Shown: positions 16,587 to 27,385 of the stretch, one piece after another
How positions within the stretch are numbered: position 1 is the stretch's first letter
Layout of the letters: each line of letters starts with the position of its first letter
Assembly (NCBI GenBank): GCA_947591115.1
Contig: CANQCX010000001.1
Span: forward strand, 1-43,502
Origin: an uncultured Lachnospiraceae bacterium
Lineage (GTDB): Bacteria > Bacillota > Clostridia > Lachnospirales > Lachnospiraceae
Direction: 5' to 3'
Length of the DNA: 43,502 nt
Translations under genes and position numbers: made by a program
The notes under the pieces: model-generated
Told to the model about the DNA's origin: nothing
The model's input: only the letters and a program-made list of their open reading frames with translations
Database searches by the model: none

Positions 16587-18848
16587 ATGATACAATGGAA
16601 AGAACATAAAAGCCGCTACTATATACCGCGTGTGAAAGGAACGAAACCGGAGCCGCCGGCGCCGCTGGCGCCGCCAAAACCGGAGGCTGTGTCACTGGAT
16701 GAACCGGAAGAGCCTTTGAACCGGTCTGCAGAATCCTCCGTTATTGAACGACCGGACAATGTTCTGGGAAGCAGACTGCAGCCGCTGGATGTCATATCCG
16801 GCTATCGCGTCCGCCCGGGATATTTCCGGATGGATGGCGCGTATCAGACGGTCAGCGGAGTTAGTTTTACCATTAGCTCACATGGAGCCTCCAGTTGTAC
16901 GCTGCTTTTGTTCCGTCCGGAGGAAGCCGAGCCGTTTGCGGAGCTGCCGTTTCCGGACTCTTACCGCATCGGCGATACGTATTCCATGCTGGTCTACGGA
17001 CTAAAAATCGAAGAATTTGAATATGCCTACCGGATGGATGGCCCTTATGAACCGGAAAAGGGACTGCTCTTCAATAAAGAAAACATTCTGCTGGATCCGT
17101 ATGCCAAAGCGGTTACCGGACAGCGGTGCTGGGGCGAAAAGCCGGAGGGCGGAAAAGACTTTGTCTACAAGGCAAGAGTCGTGCGCAATGATTTCGACTG
17201 GGGCAATCTGAAAAGTCCCAATTATGCGATGGAGGATCTGGTTATCTACGAAACGCATGTCAGAGGCTATACCAAAGACGCCTCCTCCGGAGTAAAAGCA
17301 AAGGGCACGTTTGAGGGGCTTCGGGAAAAGATTCCGTATCTGAAGGATCTCGGGATCAACGCCATAGAGCTTATGCCGATATTTGAATTTGACGAAATGG
17401 AAAGCGCGCGCGTAGTAGACGGCGTCCAGCTTTATAATTACTGGGGTTACAATACGGTCTGCTTCTTTGCGCCAAATACCGGTTATAATTATTTTACCGA
17501 GCATCATCATGAGGGAAACGAATTAAAACGCCTCATCTATGATCTGAAGAAAAACGGGATTGAGGTCATTCTGGACGTTGTATTTAACCATACGGCGGAA
17601 GGAAATGAAATGGGCCCGTCGTTTTCGTTTAAAGGAATTGACAACAATGTTTATTACATGCTGACGCCGGACGGCTATTATTACAATTTCAGCGGCTGCG
17701 GCAATGTGCTAAACTGCAATCATCCGGCAGTCCGGAGGTTTATCATCGAGTGCCTGCGGCATTGGGTAATCGATTATCGGGTAGACGGGTTCCGGTTTGA
17801 TCTGGCCTCCATTCTTGGCCGCGACCAGAACGGCGTGCCAATGGCGAATCCTCCGACGTTAGAGGGACTGGCGGCGGATTTTGTGCTTGGCAAGTCCAAG
17901 CTGATCGCAGAGGCATGGGATGCCGGCGGAATGTATCAGGTAGGAAGCTTTCCGTCGTGGAACCGGTGGGCGGAGTGGAATGGCCGCTACCGCGACGATA
18001 TGCGCCGGTTCTTAAAGGGCGACGAGGGAATGGCGGGAATCGCCGTCACGCGGATCATCGGTTCGCCGGATCTGTATTCTCCGGACGGAAGGGGGCATAG
18101 CGCTTCGGTCAATTTCCTGACCTGCCACGACGGTTTTACCCTGTATGATCTGTATTCCTACAACTGGAAGCACAATGAAAAGAACGGCTGGGATAATACC
18201 GACGGAGATAATAACGGAAACAGCTGGAACTGCGGAGCGGAGGGCGAAACAGACGATGAAGCGGTCAACGGACTGCGCCGCCGTCTGGTCAAAAATGCGT
18301 TTGCTGCGCTGCTGTGCAGCCGCGGAGCAGCGATGTTTTTTGCAGGAGACGAGTTCTGCAATACGCAGTTCGGCAACAACAATGCCTATTGTCAGGACAA
18401 TCTGATCTCATGGCTGGACTGGAACCGTTTGGAGCAGTTTCAGGAAATTCATGATTTTGTCCGCTTCATGATCGCTTTCCGCAAAAAACATCCGGTTTTA
18501 CGGAAGAAGACAAAACCGGCGGCGTGCCAGCTTCCGGAGATCAGTATTCATAACGGATATCCGTATAATGACCGCGCAGATTACAATACGCATATGATCG
18601 GCGTCATGTATGCGGGACGGAATCTTACCGATACCGGCGACGATATCGTATTTTACAGCATGAATTCCTATTGGGAGCCGCTGACGATGCAGCTTCCGGT
18701 TTTAACAAATGGAATGGAATGGAAGATTGTGGTCAATACTTACTATGAATACAGGGATGGGGAGGATTATTCGCAGAAGGCTGAGATCTTTGGCCCGAAC
18801 ACCATCCGCATTCCGCCGAGAAGTACCATCATCTTACTTGCGGTATAA
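16587..18848 (+). CDS. glgX: Glycogen debranching enzyme / isoamylase (GH13)
   Basis: NYWGY, DVVFNHTAEG, DGFRFDLAS, LIAEAWD, NFLTCHDGFTL, GNNNAYCQDN. Confidence 0.92.
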   Translation: MIQWKEHKSRYYIPRVKGTKPEPPAPLAPPKPEAVSLDEPEEPLNRSAESSVIERPDNVLGSRLQPLDVISGYRVRPGYFRMDGAYQTVSGVSFTISSHGASSCTLLLFRPEEAEPFAELPFPDSYRIGDTYSMLVYGLKIEEFEYAYRMDGPYEPEKGLLFNKENILLDPYAKAVTGQRCWGEKPEGGKDFVYKARVVRNDFDWGNLKSPNYAMEDLVIYETHVRGYTKDASSGVKAKGTFEGLREKIPYLKDLGINAIELMPIFEFDEMESARVVDGVQLYNYWGYNTVCFFAPNTGYNYFTEHHHEGNELKRLIYDLKKNGIEVILDVVFNHTAEGNEMGPSFSFKGIDNNVYYMLTPDGYYYNFSGCGNVLNCNHPAVRRFIIECLRHWVIDYRVDGFRFDLASILGRDQNGVPMANPPTLEGLAADFVLGKSKLIAEAWDAGGMYQVGSFPSWNRWAEWNGRYRDDMRRFLKGDEGMAGIAVTRIIGSPDLYSPDGRGHSASVNFLTCHDGFTLYDLYSYNWKHNEKNGWDNTDGDNNGNSWNCGAEGETDDEAVNGLRRRLVKNAFAALLCSRGAAMFFAGDEFCNTQFGNNNAYCQDNLISWLDWNRLEQFQEIHDFVRFMIAFRKKHPVLRKKTKPAACQLPEISIHNGYPYNDRADYNTHMIGVMYAGRNLTDTGDDIVFYSMNSYWEPLTMQLPVLTNGMEWKIVVNTYYEYRDGEDYSQKAEIFGPNTIRIPPRSTIILLAV

Positions 18849-18875
18849 GTGAAATTATTAAGAAAGTATAAAATG

Positions 18876-18902
18876 TTAGCACTCGCTATTGACGAGTGCT
18901 AA
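18876..18902 (+). promoter_or_regulatory. CIRCE element (HrcA operator) overlapping the -35 of the hsp20 promoter
   Basis: Perfect TTAGCACTC-N9-GAGTGCTAA. Promoter TTGACG(18889)-17 bp-TATAAC(18912). Confidence 0.97.
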
Positions 18903-18981
18903 CAATGGTGGTATAACATACTTAACACAAAGATATGGCGTATACGACAGCAGTCGCATAGAAAAAAAGGAGGAATGACTT

Positions 18982-19425
18982 ATGTTGATGCCGAGTATTT
19001 TTGGAGAAAGTTTGTTTGACGATTTTTTTGATGATTTTACACGTCCGGTTCGGAGCGCTGTAAGATACAGCACCCCGTCCACCAACATCATGCGGACCGA
19101 TATCAAGGAAAGCGATCTGGGTTATGAGTTGGACATCGACCTTCCGGGTTTTAAGAAGGAAGATGTAAAGGCGGAGTTAAAGGATGGCTATCTGACCATC
19201 CACGCAGAGACCAACAGCGATAAGGACGAAAAAGATAACGACGGCAAATACATTCGCCGCGAGAGATACTACGGAAGCTGCAGCAGAAGTTTTTATGTAG
19301 GCGAGAACGTAACGCAGGATGAGATCAAGGCGAAGTTTGAAGACGGTATCTTAAAGGTGTCCGTTCCGAAAAAGGAAGACAAGCCGAAGGTAGAAGAAAG
19401 CAAATATATAGCCATTGAAGGCTGA
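18982..19425 (+). CDS. Hsp20/alpha-crystallin small heat-shock protein
   Basis: DLPGFKKEDV, RRERYYGSCSRSF, AKFEDGILKV, C-terminal IAIE. Confidence 0.95.
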   Translation: MLMPSIFGESLFDDFFDDFTRPVRSAVRYSTPSTNIMRTDIKESDLGYELDIDLPGFKKEDVKAELKDGYLTIHAETNSDKDEKDNDGKYIRRERYYGSCSRSFYVGENVTQDEIKAKFEDGILKVSVPKKEDKPKVEESKYIAIEG

Positions 19426-19430
19426 CGGAC

Positions 19431-19464
19431 AGGGGGCATATCAAAGCGATATGCTCCCTTTTTC
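19431..19464. terminator. Terminator between convergent hsp20 and MATE genes
   Basis: AGGGGGCATATC-aaagc-GATATGCTCCCT followed by TTTT. Confidence 0.75.
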
Positions 19465-19502
19465 TGTAAAAATAACTGCCAGATTTCGAAAAAATCTCTA
19501 TG

Positions 19503-20828
19503 TTAAGCGTCGGCAATCAACCCTTTTTGTTTCCACTTGCCGCTCTGCCAGCGGATAAACATAAAGACCGCGCGGATGCATTCATCCATTGCCATGCCGA
19601 CATAGGCGCCGATAACCATCCATCTCAGCCGGATTCCAAAGAAATAAGTTCCGCCGACTGCGCACAGATACATAAAAACGGCAGCGATGATCGTTGGGAA
19701 AAGAGCGTCTCCGCTGGTTTTTAGGGCCTGTCCGAATACCATGTTCGCGGAACGCCCGATTTCCAGTGCAATATCAATGGCAAGAAGTTTACCGACCAGC
19801 GTGATCATATCCGGATTGTCGCTGAAAAAACGCATGATCAGACCGGAGCATAGAGCGAACAGGGATTCCAGAATGACGGAGATCAGGATGCCGATCGCCG
19901 CGGCCTGTTTGGTTCCCCGATCGCATTCGCGGTACTCCTTTGCGCCGATCCGCCATCCGGTCATGATCGCATTCGCCTGTGCCAGCGCAGCCGCCACGCA
20001 ATAGGAAAAATTGGTAATCTGCATGGCGTAAGAGCGTGCGGTCACATTGACGCCGTTGGGATCCATTTGATTTAAAAAGCGCATAATCAGCGTCATAGCG
20101 ACATTGTAGAGCGCGGTTTCCATTGCAGAGGGAAGACCGATCTTAATGATCTGTCCCAAAACAAAAAGAGCGGGAAGACGTTCCGGCTGCTGTTTGGCAT
20201 GGATCAGAAAATGAGACGCGGCGATGACAATGACAAGATTGATCAGACGCGACAGCGCCGTTGCGATAGCAACGCCTTTTACCCCCATCTGCAGCGGAAA
20301 CAGAAATACGGCGTTTAAAACGATATTTAAAACGTTTGCGCAAAGCGTCGCCGCAAGCGGCCAGCGGGTGTGCCCGAATGCGCGCAGATAACTGGAAAAG
20401 ATCGGGATCAGGGCGTTAAAAATGCAGCAGCCGCCGACGATCTGAAGGTAGACCTTTGCATAGTCCATCAAAAGCGGCGCAACGCCCACCAGCTCCAAAA
20501 CCGAATCGGAAAAAAAGAACAAAAACAACGAGAGCAGGATGCCGATGGTCAGATTAAACAGCAGGCCGAGCTGTCTTGCCTGAAAGGCAACGCCGATCCG
20601 TCCGGCACCGATGTACTGCGTCATGACGGCGATCATTCCGGAGGAAATCACAGAAAACATAATGATAAACATGCCGATATAGGTATTGGAGGTGCCGACC
20701 GCCCCGACCGCCTCGTCGTTGACGGAAGAAAGCATCAGCGTATCGACCATTCCTGCCAGCATCAGGCAGAGGGTTTCCAGACAGATCGGAACAAACAATT
20801 GACCTAAAGTTTTTCTTTGCGCTTCCAT
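19503..20828 (-). CDS. MATE family efflux transporter
   Basis: About 12 TM helices. Motifs VDTLML..AVGAVG, LRAFG, GVKGVAIAT, IGLPSA. Confidence 0.92.
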   Translation of the reverse strand: MEAQRKTLGQLFVPICLETLCLMLAGMVDTLMLSSVNDEAVGAVGTSNTYIGMFIIMFSVISSGMIAVMTQYIGAGRIGVAFQARQLGLLFNLTIGILLSLFLFFFSDSVLELVGVAPLLMDYAKVYLQIVGGCCIFNALIPIFSSYLRAFGHTRWPLAATLCANVLNIVLNAVFLFPLQMGVKGVAIATALSRLINLVIVIAASHFLIHAKQQPERLPALFVLGQIIKIGLPSAMETALYNVAMTLIMRFLNQMDPNGVNVTARSYAMQITNFSYCVAAALAQANAIMTGWRIGAKEYRECDRGTKQAAAIGILISVILESLFALCSGLIMRFFSDNPDMITLVGKLLAIDIALEIGRSANMVFGQALKTSGDALFPTIIAAVFMYLCAVGGTYFFGIRLRWMVIGAYVGMAMDECIRAVFMFIRWQSGKWKQKGLIADA

Positions 20829-20943
20829 AATAGCATCTCCTAAAACACGTTTTTTTCATTTTACCCTTGTCCCACAAAAAAAACTTGTTTTTTTTCGATT
20901 AAAAATTGCACTATTTCCATATACTTGTTAAAATGGAAGAAAA

Positions 20944-21825
20944 ATGGGCAAAGAGGAAAAGATGAATCTGGAATTAAAGGAAAACCGGCCGCATGGCACA
21001 AAAGAATATCCGTATGACCAGTACCATATGCATCATATCGGGCATCGTTTTCAGGTGCCGGTGCATTGGCATGAAGAAATGGAGATCATCTATATCAAAC
21101 AGGGACAGCTTCAGGTAACCGTAAACGGGCAGAATTTTTCGGGGGAAAGCGGTTCCATTTATCTTGTCAACCCAAGAGAACTGCATTTGATGGGCTCCTC
21201 CGACGTTTCGGTCGATTACTACACGCTTCTGTTTCCCTTAGAGCTGCTCTCTTTTCAGACGATGGATGAATTGGAGACCGGACTGATGCAGCCGCTCCGG
21301 AGCGGCCAGTGGATGTTCCGGCATGAACTGACAGACGACAAAGCGCATACGTTTTCCTCGCTGCTGGAGGCGGTAATTGAGGTCAACCGCAGGAATCATC
21401 CTTGGAAGCAGCTGCGGACAAGAGTGCTTTTGCTGCAGCTTCTGGAAACTTTGATCGAAAAAAACGCGCTGCTGCGTCCCGCCGCCGGCTTCCAGAACCG
21501 TATGCAAAAAGAGATGCTTGCGTTTATTCAGGCGCATTATACGGAAAAGATTACGCTGGGAATGCTGTCCGGACAATTTCATCTTTCCGAAAAATATATT
21601 TCGCATTATTTTAAAGAACATTTTCATCTGACGTTTTCCAATTATGTCAACCATCTGCGGCTGACACATGCCAAACGCCTTTTGGAATTTACGGATCTGC
21701 CGGTTACAGAGATCGCGCTCCGCTCCGGCTTCCCGAGCGTCAGCTATTTCATCCGGACGTTCAAAGGCTCCTGCGGGATTTCGCCGCTAAAGTACCGGAA
21801 ATCATTTGACGCCCCCATTCATTGA
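20944..21825 (+). CDS. AraC-family regulator (cupin + HTH), divergent from the MATE gene
   Basis: HWHEEMEI cupin motif and C-terminal AraC HTH (IALRSGFPSVSYFIRTFK...SPLKYR). Start could be 20962. Confidence 0.93.
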   Translation: MGKEEKMNLELKENRPHGTKEYPYDQYHMHHIGHRFQVPVHWHEEMEIIYIKQGQLQVTVNGQNFSGESGSIYLVNPRELHLMGSSDVSVDYYTLLFPLELLSFQTMDELETGLMQPLRSGQWMFRHELTDDKAHTFSSLLEAVIEVNRRNHPWKQLRTRVLLLQLLETLIEKNALLRPAAGFQNRMQKEMLAFIQAHYTEKITLGMLSGQFHLSEKYISHYFKEHFHLTFSNYVNHLRLTHAKRLLEFTDLPVTEIALRSGFPSVSYFIRTFKGSCGISPLKYRKSFDAPIH

Positions 21826-21864
21826 TATTATACTATAAAGCGATTGCGACAGGGAGGCTGGTTC

Positions 21865-22446
21865 ATGTTTTTGATTGTCGGTCTGGGAAATCCGGACAAA
21901 AAATACGAAAAAACACGTCATAATATCGGATTTGACGTTATAGATGCTTTGGCGGAGCGGTATCGCATTCCGGTTACCGAACGGGGGCAGAAGGCGCTCG
22001 TTGGCAGGGGCGTGATCGAAGGAGTACGGGTTCTGCTGGCAAAACCGCAGACTTATATGAATTTAAGCGGGGACAGTGTCAGCGAGCTGCTCCGTTTTTA
22101 TAAACTGGATCCGGAGAGCGAGCTTTTAGTCATTTTTGATGACATCAGCCTGAACCCCGGCTGCATCCGCATCCGCAAAAAAGGCAGCGCCGGAGGGCAT
22201 AACGGGATCAAAAGCATCATTGCCCAGATCGGCACGCAGGATTTTATGCGGATCAAAGTCGGGGTAGGGGAAAAACCCGAAGGCTGGGATCTGGCGGATC
22301 ACGTACTGGGGCGTTTTTTGCCGGAGGACCGGAAAAAAGCGGAGGAAGCGATCTCCGATGCGGCGGACGCGGCTGTCTGGATGATACAGGGCAGGACGGA
22401 CGACGCGATGAATGAATATAACGGAAAAAACAGGAGCGGCAAGTGA
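21865..22446 (+). CDS. pth: Peptidyl-tRNA hydrolase
   Basis: IVGLGNP, TRHNIGF, KPQTYMNLSG, GGHNGIKS. Promoter TTGACG(21806)-17 bp-TATACT(21829). Confidence 0.97.
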   Translation: MFLIVGLGNPDKKYEKTRHNIGFDVIDALAERYRIPVTERGQKALVGRGVIEGVRVLLAKPQTYMNLSGDSVSELLRFYKLDPESELLVIFDDISLNPGCIRIRKKGSAGGHNGIKSIIAQIGTQDFMRIKVGVGEKPEGWDLADHVLGRFLPEDRKKAEEAISDAADAAVWMIQGRTDDAMNEYNGKNRSGK

Positions 22447-25400
22447 AAGCATTTTTAGAACCTCTCCGCGAACTCAGCGGTTTTGCGGAATTGCTGGATA
22501 CGGCGGAAAAAGAAAAAGGTCTGGTTTCTGTGACCGGATGTATTGATGCGCAGAAACCGCATATGATCTATGCATGCAGCAATGGGCGAAAAAAGAAGCT
22601 CATTGTTACTTTTCATGAGCAAAAAGCGAAGGAATTGCTGGAGGAATACCGTTTTTTTGATCCGGATGCGCTCTATTATCCGGCGAAGGATGTGTTGTTT
22701 TATCAGTCGGACATCCGAGGAAATCTTCTGACTGCGGAACGGCTTCAGGCGTTGAAGGCCATTCATGAGCGGGAAAGCGTCACGCTGATTACCACGTTTG
22801 ACGCGCTGATGAATACGATGGCGCCGCCGGAAAAAATGTGGGCCTCCATTCTGCATCTGGCGCCCTCGGATACGCTCTCCTTTTCGGAGATTTCCAAAAA
22901 GCTGGTCTGCATGGGATATGAGAAGGAATATCAGGTAATGCAGATGGGGCAGTTTGCCATTCGGGGCGGGATTTTGGATATTTTCCCGCTGACGGAGGAA
23001 AATCCGGTTCGGATCGAGCTGTGGGGGGACGAGATCGACACCATCCGCTCCTTTGATCCGGAAAGCCAGAAGTCCATCGAAACGATCGAGGAGCTTACGA
23101 TCTATCCGGCATGTGAGCTGGTGCTGTCCGAGGAGGAATTAAAAACCGGAATCGATGCGGTGCGCAGGGACGCGAAACGTCTGTCGGAGCAGCTGCGCAA
23201 GGAAATGAAAACAGAAGAAGCGTACCGGATTACCTCGCGGGCGGACGAATTGTGTGAAGAATGGGAGGAGCTTTCCCTGTGCGCCGGAACGGATGCGTTT
23301 TTGTCTTATTTTGGACTGCAGCCGGTCTGTCTGCTGGATTATCTCAAAAAAGAAGATACGCTTCTTTTTCTGGATGAGCCGGGCAGATGCGTAGAGCGGG
23401 GCAGGCAGACGGAAACCGAATTTTCGGAAAGCATGAAGCAGCGGCTTTCGATGGGATATCTGCTTCCGGGACAGATGCGGGAGCTGTTTCCATACAAGGA
23501 GATCATGGGGAGGCTGGAGGGCTGCTCCTGTATTTCGCTTGCGGCGCTGGATTCCAAAAACTACGGACTGACGCAGAGGGCGCAGTATGCGCTTCAGGTA
23601 AAAAGCGTCAACGCCTATCACAACAGCTTTGAACTGCTGGTAAAGGATTTGGAGCAGTACCGGAAGAAAAAATACCGGACGATCCTGCTGTCCGGCTCGC
23701 GGACGCGGGCAAAGCGGCTGGCGGAGGATCTGCTGGCGGAAGGGTTAAACAGTTTTTATACGGAAAATTATGACCACGAGCTGCTCCCGGGGCAGATCAT
23801 GGTCTGCTATGGAAAAGTAAAAAAAGGCTACGAATATCCGATCCTGCAGTTTGCGGTCATTACGGAGAGCGATATTTTCGGAGCGGAAAAAAAGAAGAAA
23901 AAGCGCCGCCGTATCTACGAAGGCGAAAAAATACAGAGCTTTAACGATCTTTCGGTAGGCGATTACGTCGTGCATGAAAATCATGGACTGGGGATTTATC
24001 GGGGAATCGAAAAGATAGAAAGCGAGCGGAAGGTAAAGGACTATATCAAGATCGAATACGCCGGAGGCTCGAATCTGTATATCCTTGCAACGCAGCTGGA
24101 GCTGATTCAGAAATATGCGGGCAGGGATTCCAGAAAGATCAAACTGAACCGTCTGGGAGGACAGGAATGGGCGAAAACAAAATCTAAGGTGCGCGGCGCC
24201 GTACAGGAGGTGGCGCAGGATCTGGTCCGGCTGTACGCGGCGAGGGAGGAAAAAACCGGTTATGTGTACGGACCGGACACGATCTGGCAGAAGGAATTTG
24301 AAGAGCTGTTTCCGTTCGAGGAGACGCAGGATCAGGAGCTTGCCATCGAAGCGACGAAGCGCGACATGGAGAGCAGCAAGATCATGGATCGCCTGATCTG
24401 CGGCGACGTCGGTTACGGAAAGACGGAGATTGCGATACGGGCGGCGTTTAAAGCCGTACAGGAAAGCAAGCAGGTAGCGTATCTGGCGCCGACTACCATT
24501 CTGGCGCAGCAGATTTACAATACCTTTTGCCAGAGAATGAAAGATTTTCCGATCCGTATCGACCTGCTCTGCCGTTTCCGTTCTGCGGCGGAGCAGAAAA
24601 AAACAGTAGCGGAGCTGAAAAAGGGACAGGTGGATATTGTGATCGGAACCCACCGGATCTTATCGAAGGATGTCGGGTTTCAGGATCTGGGACTGCTGAT
24701 CGTCGATGAGGAGCAGCGGTTCGGCGTAACGCACAAAGAAAAGATCAAACAGATGAAGACCAACGTCGATGTGCTGACGCTGACGGCTACGCCGATTCCC
24801 AGAACGCTGCATATGAGCCTGATCGGGATCCGCGATATGAGCGTACTGGAGGAACCGCCGATGGATCGTCTGCCGATCCAGACCTATGTGATGGAATACA
24901 ATGAAGAAATGGTCAGGGAAGCGATCAGCAGGGAGCTGGCAAGGGACGGGCAGGTTTATTACGTTTATAACAGGGTAAAGGATATTGCGGATATAACGGC
25001 GCGCATTCAGTCGCTGATACCGGAGGCCGTCGTTTCCTATGCGCATGGACAGATGAAGGAAACGGAGCTGGAAAAGATCATGTACCGGTTTATCAACGGG
25101 GAGATCGACGTACTGGTATCGACGACGATCATTGAGACGGGATTGGATATTTCCAATGTCAATACCATGATCATCCACGATGCGGACAATATGGGACTGG
25201 CGCAGCTTTACCAGCTCCGAGGCCGCGTGGGACGCTCCAACCGGACGGCGTACGCCTTTTTGATGTACCGGCGGAACAAGATGTTAAAAGAAGTCGCCGA
25301 AAAGCGGCTGGCAGCCATCAAAGAGTATTCCGAGCTGGGAAGCGGCTTCCGCATCGCCATGCGTGATCTGGAGATACGGGGAGCGGGAACGCTGCTGGGA

Positions 25401-25988
25401 GAGCAGCAGAGCGGGCATATGGAGGCGGTCGGCTATGACCTGTACTGTAAGATGCTAAACGAAGCGGTCAAAGCGGAGAAGGGCATCGGGCAGGAGGAAA
25501 CGTTTGATACCACAGTGGATGTGGAAACCGATGCTTATATTCCGTCCGGTTATATCGCAAACGAATTTCAGAAGCTGGATATTTATAAACGCATCGCCGG
25601 AATCGAAACGAACGACGAAGCGGAGGAAATGGTAGAAGAGCTGATCGACCGTTTCGGAGAACCGCCGAACTCCGTACAAAATCTGATCGTTATTGCAAAC
25701 CTGAAAGCAAAAGCGCACCGGCTCTTTATTCGGGAGGTCATCCAGAGGGGAGCGGACATAAAGCTGGTAATGCATGAAAGGGCGAGGATCCATGCCGAAC
25801 GGATTCCGACGCTGATCAAAGAAGCGGCTCCGGCGCTGCGTTTTACCGCAGACGCGGCAAATCCCTTTTTTACGTATCAAATAAAAGCGGGGCCGCGCGG
25901 GAAGAATACGGACGTTTTGGAGGCGTTAGGGCAGCTGCTGGACCGGATGGAAATCCTCATCGGGGAAGAAAACGGTTGCCAGTTATAG
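22443..25988 (+). CDS. mfd: Transcription-repair coupling factor
   Basis: UvrB-like N-terminus, RID ([11 protein letters not shown]), [31 protein letters not shown]. Conserved pth-mfd order. Confidence 0.97.
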   Translation: MKAFLEPLRELSGFAELLDTAEKEKGLVSVTGCIDAQKPHMIYACSNGRKKKLIVTFHEQKAKELLEEYRFFDPDALYYPAKDVLFYQSDIRGNLLTAERLQALKAIHERESVTLITTFDALMNTMAPPEKMWASILHLAPSDTLSFSEISKKLVCMGYEKEYQVMQMGQFAIRGGILDIFPLTEENPVRIELWGDEIDTIRSFDPESQKSIETIEELTIYPACELVLSEEELKTGIDAVRRDAKRLSEQLRKEMKTEEAYRITSRADELCEEWEELSLCAGTDAFLSYFGLQPVCLLDYLKKEDTLLFLDEPGRCVERGRQTETEFSESMKQRLSMGYLLPGQMRELFPYKEIMGRLEGCSCISLAALDSKNYGLTQRAQYALQVKSVNAYHNSFELLVKDLEQYRKKKYRTILLSGSRTRAKRLAEDLLAEGLNSFYTENYDHELLPGQIMVCYGKVKKGYEYPILQFAVITESDIFGAEKKKKKRRRIYEGEKIQSFNDLSVGDYVVHENHGLGIYRGIEKIESERKVKDYIKIEYAGGSNLYILATQLELIQKYAGRDSRKIKLNRLGGQEWAKTKSKVRGAVQEVAQDLVRLYAAREEKTGYVYGPDTIWQKEFEELFPFEETQDQELAIEATKRDMESSKIMDRLICGDVGYGKTEIAIRAAFKAVQESKQVAYLAPTTILAQQIYNTFCQRMKDFPIRIDLLCRFRSAAEQKKTVAELKKGQVDIVIGTHRILSKDVGFQDLGLLIVDEEQRFGVTHKEKIKQMKTNVDVLTLTATPIPRTLHMSLIGIRDMSVLEEPPMDRLPIQTYVMEYNEEMVREAISRELARDGQVYYVYNRVKDIADITARIQSLIPEAVVSYAHGQMKETELEKIMYRFINGEIDVLVSTTIIETGLDISNVNTMIIHDADNMGLAQLYQLRGRVGRSNRTAYAFLMYRRNKMLKEVAEKRLAAIKEYSELGSGFRIAMRDLEIRGAGTLLGEQQSGHMEAVGYDLYCKMLNEAVKAEKGIGQEETFDTTVDVETDAYIPSGYIANEFQKLDIYKRIAGIETNDEAEEMVEELIDRFGEPPNSVQNLIVIANLKAKAHRLFIREVIQRGADIKLVMHERARIHAERIPTLIKEAAPALRFTADAANPFFTYQIKAGPRGKNTDVLEALGQLLDRMEILIGEENGCQL

Positions 25989-26052
25989 GAATTAGAATTA
26001 TAATATATAAGAATATGCCGATGATCCATATCGGGCGGATGTAGGAGGACGT

Positions 26053-27180
26053 ATGAAAAAAACAAGATTTGCAGCATTGTGTATGGCAGGAGCGGTTGCC
26101 GTTTCCGTACTGACCGGATGCGGATTGGATAAAAATGAAACGATCGCCACATTGGGCGAGCAGGAGATTCCGGCGGGCGTTGCGAACTTTATGTGCAGAT
26201 ATCAGCAGTCAACAAGCGACGACGCGTTTCGGGGATATTTTGGAGACGATGTATGGTCGCAGGATCTTTACGGAAACGGCTCGACGATGCAGGAAACGGT
26301 AAAAACGCAGGTTATGGAGAGCCTGCATGAGATGTATACGCTGCAGAACCATATGCAGGAGTATGACGTTTCGCTCAGCGAGGAAGAAAAGCAGAAAATT
26401 TCAGATACCGCCGCTGAATTCATAAACGCGAATTCGAAGGATGCGTTAAAGGAAATGGGCGCGGAGCAGGAGATCGTCGAAGAACTGCTGACCCTGTATA
26501 CGATCCGGAGTAAGATGTATGCGGCGGTTACCGCGGACACCGATACCAATGTTTCCGATGAGGAAGCCAATATGAGAGCGTACAGCATGATCCGGATGGC
26601 GACGGACAGCCATTATGACGAGAATTACAACCAGATCGCCTATACGCAGGAGGAAGTGGCGCAGATTCAGGAAACGGCGGAAGAAATCGCGCAGGAATTG
26701 GAAACTAATCCGGACTTTGACGCCGTAGCCAAAGCGCATGAATATACGGCAAGCACCGGCACCTACGATGCGGACGATACGACATTGGACGAGGCGGTTA
26801 AAACCGCGCTGGACGGATTGGAGGAAGGCGTGGTTGCGGAGCCGGTGGTAACGGATAACGCCATCTATATCGTCCGGCTGGACAGCGCGAGCGATAAGGA
26901 AGCAACCGAGGAAAACCGTCAGTCCATCATAAAGGAACGGAAGGATGCGCGTTATGATGAAGTGCTGGCAGGATGGCAGAAGGACGACGGCTGGGAGGTA
27001 AAAGATAAGGTTCTGGCAAAGATCGTATTCCGGAACGGATTTACCCAGACCACCGAAACGGAAACGGAAACAGAAACCGAATCGGAATCCGAGACTGAAA
27101 CGGAAACCGAATCGGAATCCGAGACTGAAACGGAAACCGAATCGGAATCCGAAGCCGGAACAGAAGCAGCAGCAGAATAA
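26053..27180 (+). CDS. PrsA-like foldase/peptidylprolyl isomerase lipoprotein with an acidic Thr/Glu/Ser tail
   Basis: Lipobox VLTGC, SurA-like N-domain, degenerate parvulin-like region. Located downstream of mfd. Confidence 0.7.
   Translation: MKKTRFAALCMAGAVAVSVLTGCGLDKNETIATLGEQEIPAGVANFMCRYQQSTSDDAFRGYFGDDVWSQDLYGNGSTMQETVKTQVMESLHEMYTLQNHMQEYDVSLSEEEKQKISDTAAEFINANSKDALKEMGAEQEIVEELLTLYTIRSKMYAAVTADTDTNVSDEEANMRAYSMIRMATDSHYDENYNQIAYTQEEVAQIQETAEEIAQELETNPDFDAVAKAHEYTASTGTYDADDTTLDEAVKTALDGLEEGVVAEPVVTDNAIYIVRLDSASDKEATEENRQSIIKERKDARYDEVLAGWQKDDGWEVKDKVLAKIVFRNGFTQTTETETETETESESETETETESESETETETESESEAGTEAAAE
27052..27153 (+). repeat. Coding 30-bp tandem repeat (ETETETESES)
   Basis: GAGACTGAAACGGAAACCGAATCGGAATCC at 27091 and 27121, with a variant at 27061. 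Confidence 0.9.
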
Positions 27181-27385
27181 GGAATGCCACGTATTTGTCA
27201 ATTCGTTGAAAAAGAAATGGAAAAACCATATTTTTTGAATAACAACTGACAAAAAAACGAATAGTATATAGAAAGGAAGTTTCTTTCCTTGACAAAAAGT
27301 CGTAAAGACGTCTATAATTACATGTTTGTAAAAAGAATCGACTAAGAATTCCCTATCTTGGTATAGAAGATCATCGAGGTGTGTT

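Noticed and set aside
27052-27153. CRISPR-like 30-bp repeats
   Set aside because: These are head-to-tail in-frame coding repeats with no spacers.
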